From contig CAVRAY010000001.1 in assembly GCA_963719225.1 (NCBI GenBank), positions 2,208,001 through 2,272,000 of the forward strand: 64,000 bases of DNA, given 5' to 3'. The position numbers and the translations under genes were made by a program. How positions within the stretch are numbered: position 1 is the first letter of the stretch; each line of letters opens with the position of its first letter. Positions 16,777 to 26,411 of this stretch are shown here, piece after piece. Under the pieces are notes generated by a model, which saw only the letters and a list, made by a program, of their open reading frames with translations, was not told where the DNA came from and did not search any database. The DNA comes from Thermoanaerobaculia bacterium. Its GTDB lineage: Bacteria; Acidobacteriota; Thermoanaerobaculia; UBA5066.

Positions 16777-17414
16777 GATGCGAGCCATTGGGCGAGCGCA
16801 TCGCCCGTGAGGTGCTCGAACTCGTCCAGACGCCCGGTGAAAAAGTGATCCGACCCGGGGACGGCGAGAAAAGTCCAGCCGCGTGCGGCGGCGATCTCGC
16901 GGGCCCGCGCCGCCGAGCTGAACTGGTCCTCTCCGCCCTGGATCCACGCGACCCGGGTGTCGGGAGGGACGGCGCCGTCCGGCTCGTCGCGGTCGGTCGG
17001 GACTCCGATGAGAAGCAGCACGTCGGGCCTGAGGCGCTCTGCGGCCCTCAGGGCGCACAGCGCGCCGAACGAGAAGCCCGAGAGTACGAAGGCGCCGTTC
17101 GGCTGCCTGGTTCTCAGCCAGCGTCCGGCCGCGACGACGTCCTCGGTTTCGCCGGCGCCGCCGTCGTACGTCCCCGCGGATGCGCCCACCCCCCGGAACT
17201 GGAACCGGAGCGCCGCGAGCGAGAACTGTCCCGACAGAAGGCGTGCGGTGCGGTGCACGACCTTGGTGCGCATCGTTCCGCCGAGCCGCGGATGGGGGTG
17301 CGCCACGAGCGCCGCCCCGGCCGGAGCGGCCGGCGCGCGCAGGAGCGCCTCCAGGGGGCCTGCGGGACCGGGAATCTCGAGCGACGTGAGCTTCACCGGG
17401 GCCGCATCCCGCAT
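16773..17414 (-). CDS. Alpha/beta hydrolase
   Basis: HPHPRLGGTM, FRGVGAS, GFSFG, HFF. Confidence 0.88.
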   Translation of the reverse strand: MRDAAPVKLTSLEIPGPAGPLEALLRAPAAPAGAALVAHPHPRLGGTMRTKVVHRTARLLSGQFSLAALRFQFRGVGASAGTYDGGAGETEDVVAAGRWLRTRQPNGAFVLSGFSFGALCALRAAERLRPDVLLLIGVPTDRDEPDGAVPPDTRVAWIQGGEDQFSSAARAREIAAARGWTFLAVPGSDHFFTGRLDEFEHLTGDALAQWLAS

Positions 17415-17524
17415 CGAAACGACGTTAGCACGCGACCTTTTCCCGGTCGCCCGTTGAATTTCACCTCCCCGGACGGCTATAAGGGGATCCCCCAGGGAAG
17501 CCTTCCTCGCGTCAGGAGCGTGCC

Positions 17525-18583
17525 ATGAAGAACATCGTTCACATCGTCGGAACCGGGACGATCGGAGAGCCACTCATCGGTCTCTTCACGGACTTCAAGC
17601 AGCATCTCGGAATCGACGAAGTGACGTTCCACAAGCGCACGCCCATGAAGACCGAGCGGGCGAAGGTGGCGCACCTCATGTCGCGCGGCGCGCACCTCGC
17701 GACCGAGGACGACAAGACGGCGGATTTCGAGGCCCTCGGCCACAGCGTCTCCTACACGGCGCAGGAGGCTCTCGAGCGCGCGACCGTCGTCATCGACTGC
17801 ACGCCCGCCGGGAACGACAACAAGGAGGCCTACTACAAGCACGTGAAGGGTCCGCGCGGCTTCGTCGCGCAAGGCTCCGAGTTCGGCTTCGGGAAGATGT
17901 ACGCGCGTGGAATCAACGACGCGGCTCTCATCCCCGGCGAAGACCGGTTCCTGCAGGTCGTCTCGTGCAACACGCACAACCTCGCGATCCTGATCAAGAC
18001 GCTCGGCATGTCGGGGGACGAGCTCGTGATGGACCGCGCGCAGTTCGTCTGCATGCGACGGGCGAACGACGTCTCGCAGAACAAGGACTACATCCCCGCG
18101 CCGACCGTCGGCAAGCACGACGACGACGTGTTCGGGACGCACCATGCCCGCGACGTCTTCCATCTCTACGAGACGCTCAACCTGAAGCCCAAGGTCTTCT
18201 CGTCGGCCCTGAAGCTCAACACGCAGTACATGCACTCCGTGTGGTTCAACTTCGAGCTTGCGAAGCCGATCGACAAGAAAACGGCCGTCGAGCGCCTCAA
18301 GGAGAATCCGCTCGTTGCGCTCACCGAGAGGAAGAGCGCGAACGAAGTGTTCTCCTTCGGCCGTGACCACGGGTATTACGGGCGCATCCTTTCCCAGACC
18401 GTCATCTCGACGCCCACGCTCGCCGTCGCCGACAAGGGCCGCGAGATCGTGGGGTTCTGCTTCACGCCGCAGGACGGCAATTCCCTTCTCTCGTCGGTCG
18501 CCGGCGCCATCTGGCTCATGGACCCGACGCACGCCTCGGAGCGGATCCAGGTTCTCAAGCGGTTCGTGTTCCGGGAAATTTAA
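17525..18583 (+). CDS. Archaeal/type II GAPDH-like NAD(P)-dependent oxidoreductase
   Basis: GTGTIG, VIDCTP, QG.E, VVSCNTH, RRAND, HH..D, MH motifs parallel class II GAPDH. Confidence 0.65.
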   Translation: MKNIVHIVGTGTIGEPLIGLFTDFKQHLGIDEVTFHKRTPMKTERAKVAHLMSRGAHLATEDDKTADFEALGHSVSYTAQEALERATVVIDCTPAGNDNKEAYYKHVKGPRGFVAQGSEFGFGKMYARGINDAALIPGEDRFLQVVSCNTHNLAILIKTLGMSGDELVMDRAQFVCMRRANDVSQNKDYIPAPTVGKHDDDVFGTHHARDVFHLYETLNLKPKVFSSALKLNTQYMHSVWFNFELAKPIDKKTAVERLKENPLVALTERKSANEVFSFGRDHGYYGRILSQTVISTPTLAVADKGREIVGFCFTPQDGNSLLSSVAGAIWLMDPTHASERIQVLKRFVFREI

Positions 18584-18596
18584 GAGAGGAACGGGG

Positions 18597-20321
18597 ATGA
18601 GCGATCCCCCCGTCTTCCCTTCTAAGAAGATCATTCTCTTCGAACGCTGCATCTCGCTTCTTGTCGCCATTCTTGGAGCGACCCTCGTCCTGCACCACAT
18701 GGCTGGCGATTCCGCGACGACGGACGAGCCCGTGCACATCGCGGCGGGCGTGGAGATCGTCCGGGACGGGACGGGCCGGTGGAACCCGGAGCATCCGCCG
18801 CTCGCGAAGGCTCTCGCCGGCCTCGCCCTCACCGGTCTCGACGTCCGGCCCGCAGGCGATCCCGTCGCGAATCCCTCCCACGCCGGCCTTCTCCTTCGCT
18901 TCCTCTTCGAAAACCAGACGCCCGCCGAGACGATCCTGTTCCGCGCGCGCCTGCCGTTCGTGGCGCTGTTTCTCGCCCTGCTCTTCGCCGTTCGGCGCGA
19001 AGCCGCACGCCGCTTCGGCATGGCCGCGGGCGGCGCCGCGCTCGCGTTCGCGGCTCTGGAGCCGAACCTCATCGCCCACGCCGGCGTCGTCCACACGGAC
19101 CTCGCCGTCACGCTCTTCCTCGTCCTCTCGCTCGGGCCGCTCTCCCGCATTCCCGACGCGAACGACCGCATCGCTCCCGTTTTCCTCGGAGTCCTCTGGG
19201 GACTCGCGTTCCTCTCCAAGTACAGCGCGCCGCTGCTGGTGCTCGTAACACTGCCGCTCATGTTCGTCGGAGGACCGGGGACCAGGGAGAATTTGCTTAG
19301 GAAGGAAAGAGGGCTCGCCCGTGGCGTAGCTCGTGTGGGCGGGCGCCTTCTCCTCGCTACTTTCATAGCAATCCTCGTCGTTTTCCTCGGATTCTTTCTC
19401 GCCTACCGAAACCAATCGGCTTCGGATCGGGAGGCGCTGGCCCGAAATCGGTTGCTCTTGAAAGGACATTCGCAGGCCTGTAGCGACTTCGCGATCGGGG
19501 CGGGTCGCCTTGCTCCACCGCTCGGGAACGTCGCGACCGGAGCGCTCTCCGTGGCGCTTCAGAGCCGCGTCGGCGCCGGCCCCTCCTATTTCATGGGACA
19601 CGTCGCCGAGGGCGGGAGCCCATGGTATTTCCCCGTCGCCTTCCTCGTGAAGGTGTCCCTCGGTCTCGTCGCCGGCGCGGCCCTGGGAGTCTTCTCTCCG
19701 GTCGGACGTCGGTTCGGCCTCTTCGTCGTCGGAGCCCTCGTCGCGTTCTTCGTCCTCTCCGCCGGGGCCGCGTACAACATCGGCGTGAGGCATCTGCTCT
19801 TCGCGTTCCCGCTTCTCGCGATCCTCGCCTCCTCGGCGGCCGCGGAACTCCGGCCCATGGGCCGCGCCCTTCTCCTCGGAGGGTTTCTCGTCGTCGAGGC
19901 GATCGAGGTCCTGGCGGCTCATCCGCACGAGCTCGCGTTCTTCAACGTGGCGGCCGGCGGGCCTTCGGGCGGGCGGCGGTTCCTCGTGGACAGCAACCTC
20001 GACTGGGGCCAGGATCTCGCGCGGCTTTCGATCCAGGCGCCCGCCTACTCTTCGAAGCCGCTTCCCGCCATCGTCTTCGGAGGGGACCTCCCGCGGCGCT
20101 ATCCCTCGCTCCGGCAGCTCGCGCCGGGTGACGAGGACCGCCCCGGCGCCTTGATCGCGATCGGCGAGACGCCGATGGCCCTCGGACCCGAGCTCCTGGC
20201 CTCGAAGGGCGCCGCTCGGGACGCCGAACGTCTCGCCGCGCTCCAGCGGGCTCTTCGCTCCAGGGGAAACCGCATCGGGACGATCGGCGGCTCGATCGGC
20301 ATCTGGCGCCTGAGTCCGTGA
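18597..20321 (+). CDS. GT-C glycosyltransferase (family 39, ArnT/PMT-like)
   Basis: TDEPVH, EHPPLAK, KYS, DSNLDWGQD; many TM helices. Confidence 0.8.
   Translation: MSDPPVFPSKKIILFERCISLLVAILGATLVLHHMAGDSATTDEPVHIAAGVEIVRDGTGRWNPEHPPLAKALAGLALTGLDVRPAGDPVANPSHAGLLLRFLFENQTPAETILFRARLPFVALFLALLFAVRREAARRFGMAAGGAALAFAALEPNLIAHAGVVHTDLAVTLFLVLSLGPLSRIPDANDRIAPVFLGVLWGLAFLSKYSAPLLVLVTLPLMFVGGPGTRENLLRKERGLARGVARVGGRLLLATFIAILVVFLGFFLAYRNQSASDREALARNRLLLKGHSQACSDFAIGAGRLAPPLGNVATGALSVALQSRVGAGPSYFMGHVAEGGSPWYFPVAFLVKVSLGLVAGAALGVFSPVGRRFGLFVVGALVAFFVLSAGAAYNIGVRHLLFAFPLLAILASSAAAELRPMGRALLLGGFLVVEAIEVLAAHPHELAFFNVAAGGPSGGRRFLVDSNLDWGQDLARLSIQAPAYSSKPLPAIVFGGDLPRRYPSLRQLAPGDEDRPGALIAIGETPMALGPELLASKGAARDAERLAALQRALRSRGNRIGTIGGSIGIWRLSP
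18618..18632 (+). repeat. Dispersed motif copy (intragenic)
   Basis: CCTTCTAAGAAGATC. Confidence 0.7.
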
Positions 20322-20365
20322 ACGCAGCGGCCGCTGTGAAAGACTTGGGGCCGGAAGGGGGACCC

Positions 20366-20836
20366 ATGGGAACGATCGTGCACACGTCCCGCATCTGCAT
20401 CACGCGTGAGAAAGGCCCGACCCGCAAGGCGTTGATCGAGGGCTTCTCGGAGCCCGTCTATTACGGCGTCCACGGCGGGATCAAGAGCTTCTACAAGGTG
20501 GAGCCCGAGAAGGAGCACGCCGCGACGCTGGACCACATCGTGGGCGCAGTGGCCGGTTGAATGATGGGGACACTGGCCACGGTGCTGGCCGGAAGAAAGA
20601 TCCCGACCTTCGCGGATCGCTATCGCGCCGACGTCGAGGGGGACATCGAGGACATCGACGGAGTCCTGAGGATCACCCGGATCCGCGTCGCGTACACGCT
20701 CTCCGTCCCCCCGGGGAAGACCGAGGAGGCACGCGACGCGCTCAGGACGTACATCACCCGATGCCCGGCGGCCATGAGCGTGAGGGGGTGCATCGAGCTC
20801 ATCGACTCGGCCGAAGTCACCGAGCTTCCCGGCTGA
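20366..20836 (+). CDS. OsmC-family protein, probable selenoprotein (UGA at 20558-20560 read as Sec)
   Basis: Two in-frame ORFs separated only by TGA: ...HIVGAVAG-U-MMGTL...CPAAMSV; the TGA sits at the position of the first OsmC catalytic Cys. Confidence 0.8.
20573..20592 (+). promoter_or_regulatory. Putative bacterial SECIS hairpin
   Basis: CTGGCCA-CGGTGC-TGGCCGG stem-loop starting 12 nt after the UGA, G-containing loop. Confidence 0.55.
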
Positions 20837-20842
20837 GACGGA

Positions 20843-21229
20843 TCAGGCGAAGACGGCTCCCCGCTCGTGAAGGAGCTCACGAAGGATCGACCGGTGACAG
20901 CGTGCCTCGGAAGGACAGTAGCAGCCGACGGAGAACGACGTTCCGTGAGACAAAGCGGCAAGCAGGTCCAGGACATGCGCTTTGTCCGGCTGCTTCATCT
21001 CGGCTCGATAGCGTCTGCCGAAATTCCGCCACCGTGAAGCGTCGTCTGCCGCTTTGCCCGCCTTGAGGAGCTCCTCGCTGGGCGCCACCTCGGGCAGCCA
21101 GACGTCGTAGAAATCCCGCGACGCAAAGTCGGCCTTCGGGACTCCACGCGGCGGGCGCCGGACGGTTCCGATGCGCAGCCCCTCTCCCGCGACACGCGGG
21201 TCTCCCAGCCGGACGATGCGGATGGGCAT
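20843..21229 (-). CDS. DUF488 family protein (YeaO-like)
   Basis: RRPPRGV.K, WLPEVAPS, Y..EM, CYC...RCHRS. Confidence 0.8.
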   Translation of the reverse strand: MPIRIVRLGDPRVAGEGLRIGTVRRPPRGVPKADFASRDFYDVWLPEVAPSEELLKAGKAADDASRWRNFGRRYRAEMKQPDKAHVLDLLAALSHGTSFSVGCYCPSEARCHRSILRELLHERGAVFA

Positions 21230-21275
21230 TCGTTCCTCCTGATTGAAGCGATATCGCCACGATAACAAGCGCCGC

Positions 21276-21740
21276 TCACGCGTTCGCCAGCATCAGCTCG
21301 AGCGCCTGCGAGATCGACGCCCCGTCCTCGAGGCCGGAGAGACGCGGAACGCGCCGACGCAGCGCTTCGAGGCGCTGCGGCTCGACGGCAAAGTCATAGG
21401 CGAGGATGACGGGGACGCCTTCGAGCATCGGCGCGAGCGCGTCGAGGATGTAGAACCCCTGGTGCGTCGCGAGGTGGCGCACGGCGCGGACGCGGTCGCC
21501 TCCGAACCGCGCGACGAGCGACTCGGCGTCTCCCGCGAGGGCGGCTTCCGGCGTCCGGTCGAAAACGACGTCGAGGAACACGGCTCCCGGCCGCTCCGCC
21601 GCGACCGCGGAGCGAGCCGACTCGAGGTCCCCCGCCCGCACGAAAACGGCCTCCAGCCCCCGCGCGGCCGCGAGACGCTGGAAGCCTTCGACGTATTCGG
21701 ACCCGTCCTCCACGACGAGGACCGTGCGAGGGGGAGTCAT
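21276..21740 (-). CDS. Atypical stand-alone receiver-like protein
   Basis: VLVVED, VFLD, then an insertion before QGFYIL. Confidence 0.6.
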   Translation of the reverse strand: MTPPRTVLVVEDGSEYVEGFQRLAAARGLEAVFVRAGDLESARSAVAAERPGAVFLDVVFDRTPEAALAGDAESLVARFGGDRVRAVRHLATHQGFYILDALAPMLEGVPVILAYDFAVEPQRLEALRRRVPRLSGLEDGASISQALELMLANA

Positions 21741-24244
21741 GCGGCCTCCTCCACCGCCGCGAACTCCACCGCGACGCCTTTCGTGAACTCCCCCGTTCCC
21801 GGCGTGACGTCCACGAGACCGTCCCAGCGCCGGACCAGGTCCGCGACGACGCCGAGGCCGCGCTCGGCGGCTCTTCCCCGGATCATCTCCGCGGTGAGGA
21901 GCCGGGGATCCCCGTCGAAAAGCACGAACCGCGCGAGGGCCTGGCCGGTCACGGGGTCGCGCCTCTCTTCGGCGAGGAGCGCGAGACGCGGAGCCTGCAG
22001 GGCATTCGCGAAGAGATTTCGCCAGAGCGTGGCCCAGTCCCCCTCCGGGACGCGGACCCTCACGCATTTTCCGTCCGCCTCCTCTCCGAACAGCCCGAGG
22101 CCCGCGAGCGGCGGTGCCGCAGCGTCGTTTTCGCGCGCGACGCTCGCGAGAAGGGATCGGAGCCTCTCGAACCGGGCCTCCGTCGAACCCGCGACGTCGA
22201 GAGTCGCCGTCAGGAGCTGCGCGGTCCGCGGATTGAGCGTCGCCGCGGCCCGGCGAAGGGACCGGCTCAGCTTCTCGAGGCGCCGCGCCGGGAGCGAACC
22301 TTCATCGGCGAGAAGTGCGAGATCGGCACGGATTCTCTCCAGGGCCTCGAGAGACCGAGAGACCCGGGAGAGAAGCGGATCCTTGAATCGAAGGTTCAGG
22401 CGCGCTCCGCGGCGGCGCCCGATCGCCTCGAGGTCACGCAGGGCTCTCCGCGCCTCGGCGACGAGCCCCGGCGTCCCAGGGTTCCCGTAGAGACGCTCGA
22501 CCAGGAGCGGGGCGGCCTCGGCGAGTCCCTGCTGCGAGTCCAGACGCTCCAGCGCCTCGCCGAGAAGCAGACCGCCGTGCTTGAACGCCTCGTGGGAAAG
22601 GCGGCCCGCCACGGAGCGCGCGTCGTGCGTCGCGCCGGGATCACGCTTCAGCCACTCTTCGAGCGTGAGGCCCAGCCGCCTTCTCCCCCAAGAGAGAATC
22701 GCCGCGAAGAGCGCGCACAGGCCGCCGCCGAGCGCGACGCCTCGCAGCGTGTCCTGTCGCCTCTCCTCGCGCGCCAGCGCCGCCTGCGCCTCCTCGGCAT
22801 GGACGCCTCCGGCCGCTTCCGCGAGATAGCGCCGGAAAAGCGCCGCCGCGCGCGACGAACGTCCTTCCCCCGACGCGATTCTCCCGAGCGCGAAGAGCGC
22901 CTCGCGGGAGCCGGCCTGATCCGCGTGCTCCCAGGCGCCCTCGGCGTCGCGCTCCCGTCCGGCCTGCCGGCCCAGCAGCTCGGCCAGCCGCTCCCATGCG
23001 GCCGCGCGGGACGGGTCGATTGCGACGGCGCGCCTGAGCACCTCTTCGGCGCCGAGGAGGTCCTCCCGCCTCTCGCGAAGCGCGGCGCGAAGCTCGAGGG
23101 CGGGCACGAAGCGGGGATCGAGGCGTTCGGCCTCGGCGAGCTCGGCCTCCGCCGCCTCCCAATCGCGCGCCGTCGGCCGGCCCGCGTAGACCTGCGCGAG
23201 ACGGAATGCCCCCACGGCGGGAGACGCGGGATCCGATCCGAGAGCGATCGGCTCGGGACCCGAGGTCTTGGCGAGACGCGCGCGCAGGCGTTCGCGGAAG
23301 GAGGAGGATTCCGCTTTCTCCGCTTGCGGAGCGAGAGCCCTCCATGCGTCGAGCCGCTCGAGGGCGCGCGCAGGGTCGCCCCACGCCGCCCAGCGGTTCG
23401 CCGCCTCGCGCTGGAGACGCAGCAGGTCCGGCCGGAGCGCGACGGCTCGGTCGAGAAGCGCGAGCGACTCCTCCTTCGCCGGGCGGTCGGGCTCGTTCCA
23501 GAGCAGATTCGAGAGGGCAACGAGGGCCTCGAAACCGTCCGGCTCCGCCGCGAGAGCCGTCCGGTACGCCGCGGCCGCCTCGCCGCTCCGGCCGCTTCGT
23601 TCCTCGACGCTCCCGAGGGCGAGAGCGGCCTCCGAGTATCCGGGCGAGAGCCGGAGCGCCTTTCGGAACGCCTCTCGCGCGGCTTCATTCGCTCCACGCC
23701 TCAACGCGGTCTTCCCGTCCGCGAAGGCGCGGCGGGCGTCCGCCGAGGGCGGCGCAAAGCCGGGCCGAACGGGAAGCTTGCGGGCCTCGTCCTCGGCGTC
23801 CAGCCGGCGGATGTTCTCGCCGATCCAGTCGGCGCCCGACCGCGCGCGCCTCTGCAGCGCGGTGAGCACGTGCCCGTACTGGAGGATCGCGCCGCGCCGG
23901 TCCCCGCGCGCTTCCGCCTGCCGCGCGAGCACGAGCCGCTCGGCCGGCGACAGGGCCTCGGGGGCCTCCTTCGCCGCGATCTCGAGGAGGCGCGCCTCGT
24001 CGTCCGTGTCGCCCGCGACGGCCGCGAGGTCCGCGCCGCGCAAGGCGAGAGCGAGCGAGGGCGACGCGAGACGCGCGCGCCGGACCAGATCGCGCGCGCC
24101 CGCGAGAGCCTCCGGGCTCGGCGTTCCCTCGGCGACGAGATGCTCGGCCTGGCTCGCCAGAGTCGCCGGATCCTCGGCGCAGTCCGTCGCCGGCCTCGGA
24201 GCGACGGCGAGGAGCAGCGTCAGGACCGCCCGCAGCATCCTCAC
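21737..24244 (-). CDS. Exported TPR protein with TM helix and C-terminal histidine-kinase-like domain
   Basis: Signal peptide, TPRs, TM, RLSHE, NLFANAL, LFDGD, RGLGVV. Confidence 0.6.
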   Translation of the reverse strand: MRMLRAVLTLLLAVAPRPATDCAEDPATLASQAEHLVAEGTPSPEALAGARDLVRRARLASPSLALALRGADLAAVAGDTDDEARLLEIAAKEAPEALSPAERLVLARQAEARGDRRGAILQYGHVLTALQRRARSGADWIGENIRRLDAEDEARKLPVRPGFAPPSADARRAFADGKTALRRGANEAAREAFRKALRLSPGYSEAALALGSVEERSGRSGEAAAAYRTALAAEPDGFEALVALSNLLWNEPDRPAKEESLALLDRAVALRPDLLRLQREAANRWAAWGDPARALERLDAWRALAPQAEKAESSSFRERLRARLAKTSGPEPIALGSDPASPAVGAFRLAQVYAGRPTARDWEAAEAELAEAERLDPRFVPALELRAALRERREDLLGAEEVLRRAVAIDPSRAAAWERLAELLGRQAGRERDAEGAWEHADQAGSREALFALGRIASGEGRSSRAAALFRRYLAEAAGGVHAEEAQAALAREERRQDTLRGVALGGGLCALFAAILSWGRRRLGLTLEEWLKRDPGATHDARSVAGRLSHEAFKHGGLLLGEALERLDSQQGLAEAAPLLVERLYGNPGTPGLVAEARRALRDLEAIGRRRGARLNLRFKDPLLSRVSRSLEALERIRADLALLADEGSLPARRLEKLSRSLRRAAATLNPRTAQLLTATLDVAGSTEARFERLRSLLASVARENDAAAPPLAGLGLFGEEADGKCVRVRVPEGDWATLWRNLFANALQAPRLALLAEERRDPVTGQALARFVLFDGDPRLLTAEMIRGRAAERGLGVVADLVRRWDGLVDVTPGTGEFTKGVAVEFAAVEEAA

Positions 24245-25890
24245 GCCTCGCGGCGCGCCGAGAGGCCGAGCTTGTTGAAGCGCAGGCGGACGGCACGCTC
24301 GTCGGCCGCCGACCCGGTCATCCTCTCGGCCATGCGAGCGAAGTCGCCTTCACACTCATGAAACAACTGGCGGAAGGCGGAGCGCTCGAGCTCGCGCCGG
24401 AAGCTCTCGACACTTTCGACTTTCGGACGCGGAAGCGCGAACACCTCGTCGGCCGATGCGACGTCTTCCTGGCGAGCCTCGGCGAGGAGATCGAAGAGCA
24501 GCCGCGGATCCATCGTGAACACGATCCGCCCCGACCGGTCCCTCGTGGCGGCCGTCCGGCCGTACAGGGTCGCCGCGAGGAGATCGGCGAGGACCATCGC
24601 GAATTGCCGCACGTTTCCGGGCCAGGGATGGCGGGCGATCGCCTGCCATCCTTTGCGCGGAAGGGTGAAGACGATCGGGGCCCGGCTGCGCGAGAGCTCT
24701 TCCTCGCCGCGCGCGAGCTCGAACGTATCCTCGCGGTCCGGCTCCGCCCCTCCGGCCGCGCGCGCCTGCGCCGCGATCTCCTGCCGATGTACCGGATCCG
24801 AGAAGAAGTCCGCCGCGAAATCGTCGGCGAGATCCTCGAGGTCCTCGCGGCGCGCCGAAAGAGGCGGCAGCTCGAGCGCGAGCGCGGGGTTGAGGCGCAT
24901 CAGGAGATCGGCGCGGAAGAGACCCTCCGCGACGCGCTTCTTGAGGTCCACGTTGGACGCCGCGACGATGCGCGCGGTGTGCGGCAGGACGGACGTCGCC
25001 CCCACGCGCCGAACGACGCCGTCGTTGAGCGCCGTCAGGAGGGCCTTCTGGGCATCGGAGGAGAGGTTCTCGATCTCGTCCAGAAAGAGAGTCCCGCCCG
25101 CGGCGGCCTCGAAGACGCCCGGGCGATCCGCCACCGACCCGGTGTACGAGCCGCGCACGGAGCCGAAGAGAGCGGCCTGCAGGAGCGTCTCCGGCACGGT
25201 CGCGCAGTCGAACGAAACGAGCGGGCCCTTGCGCGACGAGAGCGGATGGATGACCTCCTTCACGAGAAAGTTCTTCCCCGACCCCGTCGGCCCCGTCAGG
25301 AGGAGCGGCAGCGGCGTGGGGGCGAGGGAGGAAATCCGGCGGCGCAAATCCCTCATCGCGCCTCCCCGGCCCCAGAAGAACCTTCCCGTCGAGAGAGGCG
25401 ACTCGCGCTCCGCGAGAACTCGGCGCACGAGGCGCACGAGCCCCTCGCCCGTCGTCTCGTCCTCGCCGACGGTGTACGTGAACGCGTCGGCGCGAAGGCG
25501 GCGGGCTTCGTCCTCGAACGGAATCTCCTCGTGCGCCGTCGTCAGCACGACCGGCAGATCTCTCTCGCGATGCCGCAGGCGCTCCAGGATGAAGAGGCCC
25601 TGCCGGTCGCGCCGGTCGCGCCGGTCGCGCTTCCCCGCAACCGTCTCGCCGAGCGGTCGGCGGTCGGGCAGGAGGTCCTCGTCCGAGATGTCGAACCTCA
25701 GGTCGAGAACGACGAGATCCGGAATTCGTCCCGCGCGCGCGAGCGCCGCCTCGGCCTCGGGCCAGCTTCCCGCCCAGGTCTTCTCCGCCGAGGGCCCGAG
25801 CAGGACCAGGTCGGGCGCATGCCGCCGCAGGAATTCCGCGGTCTTCGGCTGATCGTCGACGACCAGGACGCGAGGGCCGCGAGCCGTCAT
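24241..25890 (-). CDS. NtrC-like sigma54-interaction regulator (REC-AAA+)
   Basis: VLVVDD, GPTGSGKN, GSYTGS (GAFTGA variant), TLFLDEI, FRADL, WPGNVRQ. Confidence 0.85.
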   Translation of the reverse strand: MTARGPRVLVVDDQPKTAEFLRRHAPDLVLLGPSAEKTWAGSWPEAEAALARAGRIPDLVVLDLRFDISDEDLLPDRRPLGETVAGKRDRRDRRDRQGLFILERLRHRERDLPVVLTTAHEEIPFEDEARRLRADAFTYTVGEDETTGEGLVRLVRRVLAERESPLSTGRFFWGRGGAMRDLRRRISSLAPTPLPLLLTGPTGSGKNFLVKEVIHPLSSRKGPLVSFDCATVPETLLQAALFGSVRGSYTGSVADRPGVFEAAAGGTLFLDEIENLSSDAQKALLTALNDGVVRRVGATSVLPHTARIVAASNVDLKKRVAEGLFRADLLMRLNPALALELPPLSARREDLEDLADDFAADFFSDPVHRQEIAAQARAAGGAEPDREDTFELARGEEELSRSRAPIVFTLPRKGWQAIARHPWPGNVRQFAMVLADLLAATLYGRTAATRDRSGRIVFTMDPRLLFDLLAEARQEDVASADEVFALPRPKVESVESFRRELERSAFRQLFHECEGDFARMAERMTGSAADERAVRLRFNKLGLSARREA

Positions 25891-26402
25891 CGGCGCGCTC
25901 CAGGAGGCCGCACGATCTCCGGGCCGTCGTCGAGGGCGACGCGGCGGTAGAACGCGGTGCAGGCGCGGGACGCTTCGAGGCAGGCTTCGTCGAGGGAGAC
26001 AAGAGAAAATTCGGAGAGAGAGGAGATTTTGTTTTCGGAAGAAGAAGAAGGAGAAGAAGAAGATTCTTTGAATGGGAAGAGATTGGAGGCGAGGCGCTCG
26101 AGGTCCGACATTGCGCGATCCAGCGTCTGGAGGTCCGGATCGTCTGCCGGAAACGACGGCCCCTCTTCCCTCTTCCATTCCAAGAAGATCTTCAGAACGT
26201 CCTCACTGGCTCTGCCGCCTCTCGTGCGCGGCAGAAGGTCCGCTACGAGCCGCGCACGCAATTCGTCCGGGCTCGTTTCTCTCTCTTCCGGCGCGCTCCA
26301 GCGGAGGGCCTTGCCCACGTCGTGCTTCAACCGAAAGGCTGCGGACTTTCTCCGCAGCCTCCGGTCTTCGGTGTCTTGATGGTCTCGCCGTGTGCCCGTC
26401 AT
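25887..26402 (-). CDS. Hypothetical protein with HisKA-like LKHDVGK motif
   Basis: Overlaps the start of the next gene; operonic position. Confidence 0.6.
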   Translation of the reverse strand: MTGTRRDHQDTEDRRLRRKSAAFRLKHDVGKALRWSAPEERETSPDELRARLVADLLPRTRGGRASEDVLKIFLEWKREEGPSFPADDPDLQTLDRAMSDLERLASNLFPFKESSSSPSSSSENKISSLSEFSLVSLDEACLEASRACTAFYRRVALDDGPEIVRPPGARR

Positions 26403-26411
26403 CCTCTTCGA

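Noticed and set aside
20318-20836. Two separate small genes (80 aa and 91 aa)
   Set aside because: They are in frame and separated only by TGA at the catalytic position, so one selenoprotein gene fits better.
24241-25890. Calling the regulator a proven sigma54 activator
   Set aside because: GAFTGA is altered to GSYTGS and the candidate promoter lacks the -12 GC, so this was left at low confidence.
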